A stretch of 64,000 nucleotides of DNA from Candidatus Saccharibacteria bacterium RIFCSPHIGHO2_12_FULL_47_16b (GCA_001790525.1 MGCU01000023.1:5659-69658), one strand, 5' to 3'; shown: positions 19,923 to 28,546, numbered from the stretch's first letter. The notes: generated from the sequence alone by a model not told the origin. Program-made: numbers and translations.

Positions 19923-20678
19923 CTAGTTTTTACTTGGTTCTTTGGAGTTTTTGTTAGTTGATTTATCGTCTGTTAATTTGACGGTCAGAGGCTTGGGCTC
20001 GTTCGGTGGATTAGGCGGCAGCAAGGGTTTTATCTCTTTCCAAATGGAGTTGCTAATTTGTCTAACAGCGAGTTGATGGCCCTTTTTGGCGCAGTTTATC
20101 TTAGTAAAATCTTTTGGGAAAAGACTGCAAAGTAATTCATAGGTGGCAATTGTGTTAATTAGATGCTCTTCGTCAGCTTCGTGCTCATCAGCTAAACCGG
20201 CACGGGTCTTAATACGTTGATTGGCAATACCGATTGGCAAATGCAGGTAAATGTTGAGATCTGGCCGCGGAATACCAAGCAGTTCATACTCTAAACTTTC
20301 GGCCCAAATAAAAAAGCCGCGTTTTTCGCCGCCGCTAGCAAATTTGGAGCCTTGATGGGCCATATTAGAACCAACATAGCGATCGGCTAGAACTAACTTA
20401 CCTTCTTTGAGGGCGTTGCTGATTTTAGTAGCTGCCTCGTACCTGTCGACAGCGTAGAATAATGAGGCTGTGTAGGGGCTGATTTCCGAAGCAGGGCCAT
20501 ACGCGCCAGCCAAATATTGTCTGATGAAATAACTAGATTTCGCCCGGTAGCGGGGAAAACTAACCGTTGCCACCTCATAACCCAAGGCCATCAGGCGACC
20601 CTCTGTCAGTTTTAGTTGAGTTGATTTACCTGCTCCATCCGAACCTTCTAGGACAATAAACAAACCTGGGTGGTTCAC
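19923..20678 (-). CDS. tmk: thymidylate kinase with Pro/Lys-rich C-terminal tail
   Basis: P-loop LEGSDGAGKST and DRY motif. Tail PPNPPNEPKP... Confidence 0.85.
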   Translation of the reverse strand: MNHPGLFIVLEGSDGAGKSTQLKLTEGRLMALGYEVATVSFPRYRAKSSYFIRQYLAGAYGPASEISPYTASLFYAVDRYEAATKISNALKEGKLVLADRYVGSNMAHQGSKFASGGEKRGFFIWAESLEYELLGIPRPDLNIYLHLPIGIANQRIKTRAGLADEHEADEEHLINTIATYELLCSLFPKDFTKINCAKKGHQLAVRQISNSIWKEIKPLLPPNPPNEPKPLTVKLTDDKSTNKNSKEPSKN

Positions 20679-20879
20679 CGCATACTCCGCACCGCCGCCC
20701 TGCCAGCCAGCCGAGCCGGCTGCACCGGCGGCTCTTGGCGCATTACGGCGTCAGAGCCTGCGGTACTCCTTCGCGCCGTATGTTCATATACAGCGAAGTA
20801 AAGGTCCTCGACTCTTCCTTGTACTGCATCCAAGTGCGAAGATGCGGTAATCGGTTCACACAGTCTGAAGATGAACATT

Positions 20880-21605
20880 TTAGAGCGCTTTCAGGCCTTT
20901 GATTTTGGGCGGTTTGGTGCGCGAATCTTTATAGGCTTTAGGTAGCATTTGTTCCGGTGTCCATTCTCTTATAAGTTTGTCAAGGTTGGTCCCCGATTGA
21001 TACTTACCGGAAAAGCCGCTGTGGCGACCTCTGCCATAATTTCCCTCAACTGGTCCGGTTTCGTGAAAGACAGCCTGAGCGATTCGTTCGCCAACCGGTA
21101 GCAAAACGATATCTTTTTGATTTAAATTGTAAATCTCCATTGTGAGGCGGTTGATATAGCCCGGATCAACCCAGCCAGCATCAAAGACTGCCGCTATACC
21201 ATTGCGCCCCCAGCTAGAGCGCGACTTAACCTCATAGGCCCCCGGGGGCAATATACCGAAAAATTCATGGGTATGGGCCAGTATCCTCTCGCCGGGCTTC
21301 AGCGGGATTACCGGGTGATTTGGCGGAATGCCGGCCAGCAGACTGACGCCATTTTGTTTGCACCACTCGGCGTGTTTGACAGCCGTGAACGGTCCTTCGA
21401 AATACCGCGCGACGTCGGCTTTATCAAAAGGGTTGTAAACACGCTTATCGCCGACTTTTTCGGTCCGGTAATAGTAGTGTCCAAGAGTTACGTCCAGGCT
21501 GGCATGCGAGACGTGCTTTTGGTTGAATGGCTGGCAAATTATATGGCCCTCGGCAATTGCCTGTCTAATCTGTAGGTTACTGAAAACTCCCATAGGTTCC
21601 TTCAA
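20880..21605 (-). CDS. dcd: dCTP deaminase / dUTPase-superfamily protein
   Basis: SRSSWGRNGI..VDPGY...LEI.N motifs characteristic of dCTP deaminase. Confidence 0.65.
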   Translation of the reverse strand: MKEPMGVFSNLQIRQAIAEGHIICQPFNQKHVSHASLDVTLGHYYYRTEKVGDKRVYNPFDKADVARYFEGPFTAVKHAEWCKQNGVSLLAGIPPNHPVIPLKPGERILAHTHEFFGILPPGAYEVKSRSSWGRNGIAAVFDAGWVDPGYINRLTMEIYNLNQKDIVLLPVGERIAQAVFHETGPVEGNYGRGRHSGFSGKYQSGTNLDKLIREWTPEQMLPKAYKDSRTKPPKIKGLKAL

Positions 21606-21659
21606 ATATTAGTTTATAACTTAGAGCTGTTGCCAAGCAAGAAAACGGCTGTTGTAGTA

Positions 21660-22187
21660 TTAGCGTTTGACTGCTTTTACTCTGATGGGGCGCTTTTGAC
21701 CTTTATATTTTTCGACCCGATTATTTATAAGCTCAAATTTAACACCAGCTGTCTTAAAGATGGCTTTAGTTCGCTGGCCGGCATGGTAGTCGTTAAGTGC
21801 TACCACTCGCTCAATGCCGGCGTTGATTATCATCTTAGCGCAGGCGTAACAAGGCGTCATTTTGCAATAAAGTGTGCCACCCTCCAAGGCAATCCCTAGG
21901 CGGGCGGCATGAGCAATGGCGTTTTGCTCGGCGTGAGCGGTCCGTACGCAATGCTTTGAAATAGTGCCATCGGCATTTAGAGCTTCCATAAGCTCATGGC
22001 CGTCTTTGTCGCAGTGTGGAGTGCCGGCTGGAGAACCGACATAGCCGGTAGCCAGTATCCGCTTATCACGAGCAATAACACAGCCTGACTGTCCTCTTTC
22101 GCAGGTGGCTCGTTTAGCCACGGCTGCCATAATTTCTAAAAAATATTCGTCCCAGCTTGGTCGGGCCACAGCTATCTCTTTCGTCAT
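21660..22187 (-). CDS. dCMP deaminase (ComEB-like cytidine/deoxycytidylate deaminase)
   Basis: Zinc-binding HAEQNAI and PCYACAKMIINAGI motifs. Confidence 0.8.
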   Translation of the reverse strand: MTKEIAVARPSWDEYFLEIMAAVAKRATCERGQSGCVIARDKRILATGYVGSPAGTPHCDKDGHELMEALNADGTISKHCVRTAHAEQNAIAHAARLGIALEGGTLYCKMTPCYACAKMIINAGIERVVALNDYHAGQRTKAIFKTAGVKFELINNRVEKYKGQKRPIRVKAVKR

Positions 22188-22208
22188 TAGTATATCTAAG
22201 CCTTGCTA

Positions 22209-23183
22209 TTAGCTCAAAGCCAGTCTGATTGACGGGCCCATGCTGGTTGTTAGGTAAACTGAGCTTATGTACGCACCTTTTACGGAGGCCGGCTTGGCGG
22301 CCTTGAGGCTTTTTATAACCGCCTCGGCGTTAGCCACTAGTTTGTCTTTACCAAAACTAACTTTGCCGATCGCCAAGTGGACAATTCCGGCTTGATCGAC
22401 TCGATATTCAACCTTGCCGGCTTTGGCGGCTTTGACCCCAGCCGTAATATCGGTGGTAATGGTGCCGCTTTTCGGATTTGGCATTAGGCCTTTCGGGCCG
22501 AGTAACTTAGCGTACTTGCCAAGCTGCGGCATCATAGCTGGTGTTGTTAACAGGATGTCAAAAGCAATTTCCGACTTATCTAGTTTGGCTAGCAGATCGT
22601 CACTACCAGCCATGTCGGCGCCAGCGGCCTTGGCTTTTTTTATGTCAGTCTCATCGGCAAAGACTGCCACTCGGACTGTTTTGCCAGAACCAGCTGGTAA
22701 ATTAACAACATCACGAACGTTCTGATCGGCCAGTTTAGGATCAACATTAAGATTAAAATGCATCTCGACCGAGGCGTCGAACTTAACCGGGCTAGTCTTA
22801 ATCGCCAATTCTACCGCTTCAGCCAATTCGTAAACTCTACCTTTTTCAACCAACTTAGCAACATCACGGAACTTTTTACCGGCTCGTTCTAATTTTGAAC
22901 GCGGTGGTTTTTGCTTGGGTTTTGGTTTGGCTTCGGCCTCGCCAGCAACTACCTTAGCTTTACGGGCTTGTTTGGCTTCTAAATCTTCAGCTTCCTTTGC
23001 GGCCTTAGCGCTTCGCTTCCCCGCCTTAGCAACGGATGTTTTAGCATCCGTAGTCTCTAGTCTCGAGTCATTAGTCTCCTGTTCTGCTTTCTTTGCATCA
23101 TCTTTTTTATTTTTACTAGAGACTGATGACTGTCGACTGGTGACTTTTCTTTTGGGTTTAACACCAGTTTTCTTATCTACCAT
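22209..23183 (-). CDS. rplA: 50S ribosomal protein L1 with ~95-aa Lys/Ala/Glu-rich N-terminal extension
   Basis: The L1 core begins around LERAGKKFRDVAKLV. The N-terminus is a histone-H1-like low-complexity tail (KPKPKQKPP...). Confidence 0.85.
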   Translation of the reverse strand: MVDKKTGVKPKRKVTSRQSSVSSKNKKDDAKKAEQETNDSRLETTDAKTSVAKAGKRSAKAAKEAEDLEAKQARKAKVVAGEAEAKPKPKQKPPRSKLERAGKKFRDVAKLVEKGRVYELAEAVELAIKTSPVKFDASVEMHFNLNVDPKLADQNVRDVVNLPAGSGKTVRVAVFADETDIKKAKAAGADMAGSDDLLAKLDKSEIAFDILLTTPAMMPQLGKYAKLLGPKGLMPNPKSGTITTDITAGVKAAKAGKVEYRVDQAGIVHLAIGKVSFGKDKLVANAEAVIKSLKAAKPASVKGAYISSVYLTTSMGPSIRLALS

Positions 23184-23185
23184 TT

Positions 23186-23611
23186 TTACTCAATCTCCAC
23201 GCCCATACTTCGGGCGGTGCCGGCCACCATTTTTTTAACGGCTTCAATATCATCTGTATTCATATCATCAGCCTTAGCTTGGGCAATTTCGGTCAGCTGC
23301 GATTGGCTTAATTTTTTCTCGAGTTTGGTTTTATTTGGCTCACCAGAGCCCTTGTCTTCTTTAAGGGCTTTAAGTATCAGTTCGTCTGTTGGTGTGCCAA
23401 CCACTTGCCAAGTCATAGTTCGGTCATCATAAATCGTAATGTGGACTGTCAGATTTTGCCCCATCCGGTCCTTGGTTTGTTCGTTAAACGGATTGACAAA
23501 GTCCATCATGTTAACGCCGTATTGGCCCAAGGTTGAACCGACCGGCGGTCCAGCGTTTGCTTGTCCGCCCGGAATTTTCATTTTTAGATTAGACGCTACT
23601 TTCTTAGCCAT
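23186..23611 (-). CDS. rplK: 50S ribosomal protein L11
   Basis: L11 N-domain PPVGSTLGQYGVN. Directly upstream of rplA. Confidence 0.9.
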   Translation of the reverse strand: MAKKVASNLKMKIPGGQANAGPPVGSTLGQYGVNMMDFVNPFNEQTKDRMGQNLTVHITIYDDRTMTWQVVGTPTDELILKALKEDKGSGEPNKTKLEKKLSQSQLTEIAQAKADDMNTDDIEAVKKMVAGTARSMGVEIE

Positions 23612-23731
23612 CAGTGTCGCTCCTTTCAGTCGCTTCCAAGCTCGAAGTTCTAAACACTAGGGTTTGAAATTTAGAATTTAGAATTTGAAATTTGTTTATG
23701 ATTTCGGGTTTAGTATTCAGGGTTTTCATCT
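23612..23731 (-). repeat. Family-1 AT-rich repeat spacer upstream of rplK (TTCTAAA / TTTGAAATTTAGAATTTAGAATTTGAAATTTG)
   Basis: Tandem and inverted ATTTAGAA/TTCTAAAT motifs. Conserved AGCGACTGAAAGGAGCG leader next to the start codon. Confidence 0.55.
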
Positions 23732-24274
23732 TCACACTCGCTTTACCTGCAGGCCATCGAGCTCAACCGGCGTTTCCCGGCCGAACATATTAACTAGTAC
23801 CTTAAGTTTACCTTTCTGGGCGTCAATTTCATTGATAGCACCGTCAAAGCCTTTAAAAGGCCCGTCAATGATGTTAACCACTTCGCCAACTTGGAAATCA
23901 AACTTATGCTTAGGTTCTTCCCGGCCCATCCGCTTCATGATTTTTTCAATTTCATCTTCACCTAGAGGCGTCGGTTCAGTGCCGGTTCCAACAAAACCGG
24001 TAACGTTTGGTGTGTTGCGAACAATGTACCAAGCATCTTCGGATAGCTTCATCTCAACCAGGACATAACCTTGAAAGATGCGCTTTTCGACAACCTTTCG
24101 CTTACCGTTTTTAATCTCAATCATTTTCTCTTTTGGTACTAACACTTGGAAAATCTTATCGCCCATATCAAGCGATTCGGCCCGCTGGCGAATGCTCTCC
24201 GCCACCTTTTCTTCGTATCCAGAATAAGTGTGGATAGCATACCATTGCTTACTTGAATCGTATCGTTTATTCAC
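23732..24274 (-). CDS. nusG: transcription antiterminator NusG
   Basis: NGN domain (WYAIHTYSGYE) plus KOW domain (GPFKGFDGAI). Confidence 0.9.
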   Translation of the reverse strand: MNKRYDSSKQWYAIHTYSGYEEKVAESIRQRAESLDMGDKIFQVLVPKEKMIEIKNGKRKVVEKRIFQGYVLVEMKLSEDAWYIVRNTPNVTGFVGTGTEPTPLGEDEIEKIMKRMGREEPKHKFDFQVGEVVNIIDGPFKGFDGAINEIDAQKGKLKVLVNMFGRETPVELDGLQVKRV

Positions 24275-24368
24275 AAGACTCTCCTTTTAGCCGCAGAAAC
24301 TAGAAAATAGGAACTAGGAAGTAGTATTACTAATTCCTGATTGCTGATTTCTAATTGCTTGATCTGAA
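24275..24368 (-). repeat. Family-3 imperfect long hairpin spacer (AACTAGAAAATAGGAACTAGGAAGTAG / TACTAATTCCTGATTGCTGATTTCTAATT)
   Basis: The left half is ~70% complementary to the right half. Homologous copies at 43632-43728 and 59567-59665. Confidence 0.55.
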
Positions 24369-24716
24369 TCATTTTAGGATTACTCGTTTAAAAAATTCAT
24401 CGATGCCTTTGTCGACACCTGCCGCCAAGCCGCCAAAAATGATCGCAAAAATAAAAACCGCCAGTGTCAGTCGCCAAGTTTCTCGTCGCGATGGCCACGT
24501 CACTTGCCGGACTTCGCGCCAGGCATTGATAAAATAGCGCGGTAAAATCCAGCTTAAAACTTTTTTGAAAGGCATAAAGATAAAACCGAACAATCTAAAA
24601 AGCGGCTTTAAAAAACTTAGTCTTGACGGCTTGACAGCCTGAACCGGTTGAGCTTGCGACTCAACAATTTCCCGCGTTGGCGGTGCTTTACGAATTCTCG
24701 GCTTTCGATCAGCCAC
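24369..24716 (-). CDS. secE: preprotein translocase subunit SecE (N-terminally extended)
   Basis: C-terminal NAWREVRQVTWPSRRETWRLTLAVFIFAIIFG is the conserved SecE TM segment. Confidence 0.75.
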   Translation of the reverse strand: MADRKPRIRKAPPTREIVESQAQPVQAVKPSRLSFLKPLFRLFGFIFMPFKKVLSWILPRYFINAWREVRQVTWPSRRETWRLTLAVFIFAIIFGGLAAGVDKGIDEFFKRVILK

Positions 24717-24827
24717 TCGTCTCTCCTTTACCGCAAAAAATCCTTAGATATTTTATATGAGCAATAAAATAACCTACCTTAAATGGTAGGCCTTCACTGT
24801 CAATAGTACCAAAAATTGTTGCTTTGT

Positions 24828-25538
24828 TCAATAGTTGCTAATGGGTCTCAAGGCTGGCCCGATGCGTCGAAGTTGCTTACGAAAAGCTTGTGTATTTGGT
24901 TCCAAACTCTCCATTAACTGCCAAAAATTGGGGTTGTGACTCATATGTTTAGTGTGGGCCAGTTCATGCAGGATTACATAATCCATTAGTTCGTCTGGCA
25001 GTTGCACCAAGAAAAGACTAAGTGAAATGTTGCCACTGGCTGAACAACTACCCCACCGGGATGTCATTTTACGGATTCTTAATTTATTGAATTTTAAGTT
25101 GGTAATTTTAGATAATCTATCAACACGATTTGGCAGGATGTCGTGAGCCTGCATTTTGAGACTGGCTTCTGCTGCCAGCTGCAGTTTTTTTTGCAGTTCC
25201 CTTGAATTCCAAGCCAAGACTGAAGTGACTATTATTTGATTAGCTTCAACCTTTATAACCGTCCGACCGGCTTCTCGTTGCTCAAATTTGACTTTAGCTA
25301 ACCGACCGATCCTGTCGCCCGGTTTGATGACAACAGTTTTGACCTTACTTTTTTGTCGCATAATCCAATCCGAGTGTTTAACAGCAAACCGCTCGGCAGT
25401 TCTAAACGACGTCCAGCGAGGTAGGTTTACTCTTATAGTACCGTTGGCTAAAACGGAAATCCGAATGTTACGCATACCAGTGCGTTTTGCTAGCAGGACT
25501 GGCCCAATCTCAGCTATTTCTATTTCTTTTTTAGGCAT
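24828..25538 (-). CDS. YgjP/DUF45-family predicted zinc metallohydrolase
   Basis: WGSCS...ISLS and HELAH(x5)H motifs typical of the DUF45/M48-like family. Confidence 0.65.
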   Translation of the reverse strand: MPKKEIEIAEIGPVLLAKRTGMRNIRISVLANGTIRVNLPRWTSFRTAERFAVKHSDWIMRQKSKVKTVVIKPGDRIGRLAKVKFEQREAGRTVIKVEANQIIVTSVLAWNSRELQKKLQLAAEASLKMQAHDILPNRVDRLSKITNLKFNKLRIRKMTSRWGSCSASGNISLSLFLVQLPDELMDYVILHELAHTKHMSHNPNFWQLMESLEPNTQAFRKQLRRIGPALRPISNY

Positions 25539-25542
25539 TAAG

Positions 25543-26202
25543 CTAAGTGATTGATATGTTGCGTCGGCTTAGGTCAACCCGCCCGGCAGCTGGATTCGGT
25601 ACTAGATTAACTAGTCCCGGCTTGGCGATATTTTGCTGGACAACAGTAGAAGCCACCAATCCCGTTTGATAGAGTCGATTTATCAGAGTACTTTTTTGAG
25701 TAACAAAAGCGTGTTTGCCGGAAATAACTAAGTATTCTTCGTCTTTAGGGTTTTGCATATTGGCAACTGCTTGTTCAAACGACTGCTTGGAATGCGGTTG
25801 GGCATATTTATCATCATAGGTTCGCTTGTCGCGACGTTGAGTCCGCTCGTAAGCACTGTCAGTATCAATTTGAAGCCAGACCAGCAAATAGGCAGCTCTA
25901 TGCTTAAGGGCTAATTGACGCAAGCGAGATCTTTGACCGGCTCGTTGGACATTGATGTCATAGATAACACTCACCCCAGCAGTCAAGAGGGACTCAGCTA
26001 AGTAGTTCATTAGGTGTAAAATTACGGCGTTTTCCTGACTATCAAAACGAGGGTTTCTAAATAACTCACCACGGATCCGGTCGGCATCTAAATGTGCTAA
26101 CTGAATGTGCTCACATAAGTTGCGAGCCAGAAAAGTTTTTCCAGAGCCAGAAAAACCGTATAAACAAATCAGAATAGGTTTGTTCAGCAAAATCTTTGTC
26201 AT
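25543..26202 (-). CDS. P-loop NTPase / predicted kinase (AAA_33-like)
   Basis: Walker A GFSGSGKT and Walker B VIYDIN. ~220-aa size typical of small nucleotide/metabolite kinases. Confidence 0.5.
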   Translation of the reverse strand: MTKILLNKPILICLYGFSGSGKTFLARNLCEHIQLAHLDADRIRGELFRNPRFDSQENAVILHLMNYLAESLLTAGVSVIYDINVQRAGQRSRLRQLALKHRAAYLLVWLQIDTDSAYERTQRRDKRTYDDKYAQPHSKQSFEQAVANMQNPKDEEYLVISGKHAFVTQKSTLINRLYQTGLVASTVVQQNIAKPGLVNLVPNPAAGRVDLSRRNISIT

Positions 26203-26316
26203 CTCTTTGATACTAACATCGGTAACGGAGAAGATAAAGCTCTAATGGTCCTTCAACTAGGCTTAGCATCATTCATATCACAGAAGGTTTATCATGAGCG
26301 AGCGGAGCGAGTCGAA

Positions 26317-26393
26317 TGGCAGGGGTGGAGGGACTTGAACCCCCTACCTTCGGTTTTGGAGACCGACGCTCTAGCCAGATGAGCTACACCCCT
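26317..26393 (-). tRNA. tRNA-Trp (anticodon CCA)
   Basis: Cloverleaf: acceptor AGGGGTG/CACCCCT, anticodon loop CTCCAAA, T-loop TTCAAGT, CCA encoded. Confidence 0.8.
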
Positions 26394-26536
26394 TCGCAAT
26401 GGCTACATTATATCTGAATTTGTGTTTTGGGGCCCCCATTGTGCGGATTGTGTGCAATGGGGTTAAGCGTAAGGACGTGTGGATGCTGAAAGTAATTGAA
26501 GAAATACAATTACGAAAGCTGAAGTCGCAGCTTAAG

Positions 26537-26740
26537 CTAGCGGCGGACTGGAACGACATTGCGGCCAAGGTTCTTTTTGGTTTCGGTTTGTTTAGTTCGA
26601 ACTCGTTTAACCGGACAATATTTTATTAGCGCGATTTTGTCGGGTACGTTCATAGTGTTTTTGGTCGTATAGTAATGTCGACCGCCGCAGGCCTTACAAA
26701 CCAAACCAACAATTTTCCGCTTTTCACTCTTCTTGGCCAT
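26537..26740 (-). CDS. rpmG: 50S ribosomal protein L33
   Basis: MAKKSEKRKIVGLVCKACGGRHYYTTKNTMNVPDKIALIKYCP matches the L33 zinc-ribbon pattern. Confidence 0.8.
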   Translation of the reverse strand: MAKKSEKRKIVGLVCKACGGRHYYTTKNTMNVPDKIALIKYCPVKRVRTKQTETKKNLGRNVVPVRR

Positions 26741-26782
26741 ATCCCAAAGATATTACCAAATAACAGATGTAAAAACAACCTC

Positions 26783-26856
26783 TGGAGCCGTGAACGAGAA
26801 TCGAACTCGTGTTTACGCCTTACCATGGCGTCGCTCTGCCACTGAGCTATCACGGC
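26783..26856 (-). tRNA. tRNA-Thr (anticodon GGU)
   Basis: Cloverleaf: acceptor GCCGTGA/TCACGGC, anticodon loop ATGGTAA, T-loop TTCGATT, CCA encoded. Confidence 0.8.
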
Positions 26857-26868
26857 ATGCAAGCAGGA

Positions 26869-27930
26869 TTATTTTATCAAACCTAGCAAACTGATGGTTT
26901 TTTCAATAGTTGCTATGGCGTCTAAAATGCTCTCGGCTCGGATGTTTTTGGCACCTGCGGCCTGTTTATGCCCTCCTCCACCTAATTTAGCGGCAATCTG
27001 TGAAACATCAACTCCGCCACTAACTGACCTAAAAGAAGCCGAATATGAAATTGGCTCGCTTAAAAGCTCTGGATAAACTACAAATCCCCAAAAATTGTTA
27101 TCTAGATTTCGAAGATATTGGTTAGTAAAAATATCACAGCCGGCTTTGAGGTCCATATCCGGTTTGACATCCGATTGCCAGTCTTTGGCAAATTGATCGT
27201 CAATAAAGCTGTAGGTATAGCCTTTACCGTTATCGGTTGCATTTTCAAGTAGGTGGGCTAAGACAACCAGCTCATCTTTAGTAAATCGGTTTAATCGAAA
27301 TTCGAGTTGTTCAATGCTGGCTCCGGCCTCAATTAACTGGCTAACGATTCGGAAGGTGTTTTTATAATCCGGATTATCGTATTTAAAGCGGCTGGTGTCT
27401 CTTAAAATCCCAAGCAGGGCCGTCTTGGCATAACCTTCAGGCTTTTGGAAGTCTAACTGCTCGAAGCAAAGTTCATAAATTTGTTGAGCCGTAGACGATT
27501 TGCCTTCGTTGATATAAATGTCGCCCTGGAAAGAACCGTCATCAGGATGATGATCGATAACAGCTACTTTTGACTTCAAATGCTCGTGAATTAACTTAGA
27601 AAGTTCGTCGGTTTTATTTCTAGAGACTCGGGCTAGTGAATTTCCATCGACGATAACAACTAAATCTGGCTTAAAATCGGAAGCGGCTTCAAAGACCGGT
27701 GCAAATTTAATTTCGCTATAACCACCCAAAAAACTTAGATCTTGAGAGGTATTTTCTTCAAGCACCATTTGGATTTGCTTATCCGGAAAATTTGCCTGCA
27801 ACGTCCTACCCATCAACAAGACCGAACAAACCGCATCCGGATCCGGCGATATATGTGAAGTTACCAAAATTCGGTTAGCTGCCTTAACTAAACTTTGAAA
27901 TTGTTGAGTCAAAATGGCCCCTGCCACCAA
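26869..27930 (-). CDS. DHH/DHHA1 phosphoesterase (second NrnA-like paralog)
   Basis: DHH (VIDHHPDD) and GGGGH motifs. Confidence 0.7.
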   Translation of the reverse strand: MVAGAILTQQFQSLVKAANRILVTSHISPDPDAVCSVLLMGRTLQANFPDKQIQMVLEENTSQDLSFLGGYSEIKFAPVFEAASDFKPDLVVIVDGNSLARVSRNKTDELSKLIHEHLKSKVAVIDHHPDDGSFQGDIYINEGKSSTAQQIYELCFEQLDFQKPEGYAKTALLGILRDTSRFKYDNPDYKNTFRIVSQLIEAGASIEQLEFRLNRFTKDELVVLAHLLENATDNGKGYTYSFIDDQFAKDWQSDVKPDMDLKAGCDIFTNQYLRNLDNNFWGFVVYPELLSEPISYSASFRSVSGGVDVSQIAAKLGGGGHKQAAGAKNIRAESILDAIATIEKTISLLGLIK

Positions 27931-28130
27931 TCACTAAACACGTAATCAGTAACCTTAATACTCTTGTACTTCACTATTAGGATGCTAAAAGTTACGAATA
28001 AAGAACCAGGTATTATCATAATAACTCCAATTAGTTTTCCGCTCGCAAATCCCATGTAAATAACTCCGAAACCAATAAGAGCAAGGATTATCGCAAAACA
28101 ATACAGTCCATAAAGTTTTAACTTTTTCAT
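27909..28130 (-). CDS. small membrane protein (2 TM), cassette gene 1
   Basis: 73 aa with two hydrophobic helices. Preceded by conserved element A. Confidence 0.4.
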   Translation of the reverse strand: MKKLKLYGLYCFAIILALIGFGVIYMGFASGKLIGVIMIIPGSLFVTFSILIVKYKSIKVTDYVFSDWWQGPF

Positions 28131-28169
28131 ACAGATTCTATGGTGCAGCGTAGTTGCCGAAGCTAGGAC
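28115..28169 (-). repeat. Cassette-associated element A (GTTTTAAC...TGGTGCAGCGTAGTTGCCGAAGCTAGGAC)
   Basis: Shares the core TGGTGCAGCGTA plus GTT(C/T)TAAC / GCTAG(G/A)AC termini with elements B and C. Confidence 0.55.
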
Positions 28170-28228
28170 GCTGTTCCTTGTTTAACTTTGGTAATTCCTC
28201 TGTCCCCGCTATTAAGGTGACGTACTTG

Positions 28229-28501
28229 TTATGAACCTGTTCCTTCTGCGGAATAACGCAGTTTGTTTTCTATGTTCCACTTGTTTACCCACGCACCCGA
28301 TTCGAGCATTGCGCTTGTTGCCAAAAGACCCAACACTACGGCTGTGTGATATCGCCCATCAACTGTAATTTCGGCAACACCGACACCCACAAAGGCTGCA
28401 ACCGCCAAACCATGAAATGTATCTTTGGCAAAGCGACACGCCTCGACATAGCTTGAATCACTATTCGTAAGTAAATCTAAACCTCTTCTAATATAGCCCA
28501 T
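28229..28501 (-). CDS. small membrane protein, cassette gene 2
   Basis: 90 aa. Hydrophobic core GLAVAAFVGVGVAEI...VVLGLLATSAML. Preceded by element B. Confidence 0.4.
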   Translation of the reverse strand: MGYIRRGLDLLTNSDSSYVEACRFAKDTFHGLAVAAFVGVGVAEITVDGRYHTAVVLGLLATSAMLESGAWVNKWNIENKLRYSAEGTGS

Positions 28502-28546
28502 AGCTCAATTATAGCAGTCGTAGATTTTCCAAAAAAGTATGGAGTA

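Noticed and set aside
20675-20878. Minus-strand 67-aa ORF in the GC-rich island
   Set aside because: Ala/Arg-rich translation is the expected artefact of a GC-rich, hairpin-dense segment. Treated as a candidate ncRNA instead.
20679-20879. Confident assignment of the GC-rich island as SRP (4.5S) RNA
   Set aside because: Only partial motif resemblance (GCUGGCAGGGC, GAAGGAG...GCAGGC). The 5'/3' terminal pairing and the GGAAGCAGC helix-8 motif are not convincingly present.
26399-26629. Plus-strand 76-aa ORF between tRNA-Trp and rpmG
   Set aside because: Overlaps the 3' end of rpmG on the opposite strand. No RBS. Leucine/phenylalanine-rich antisense-type composition.
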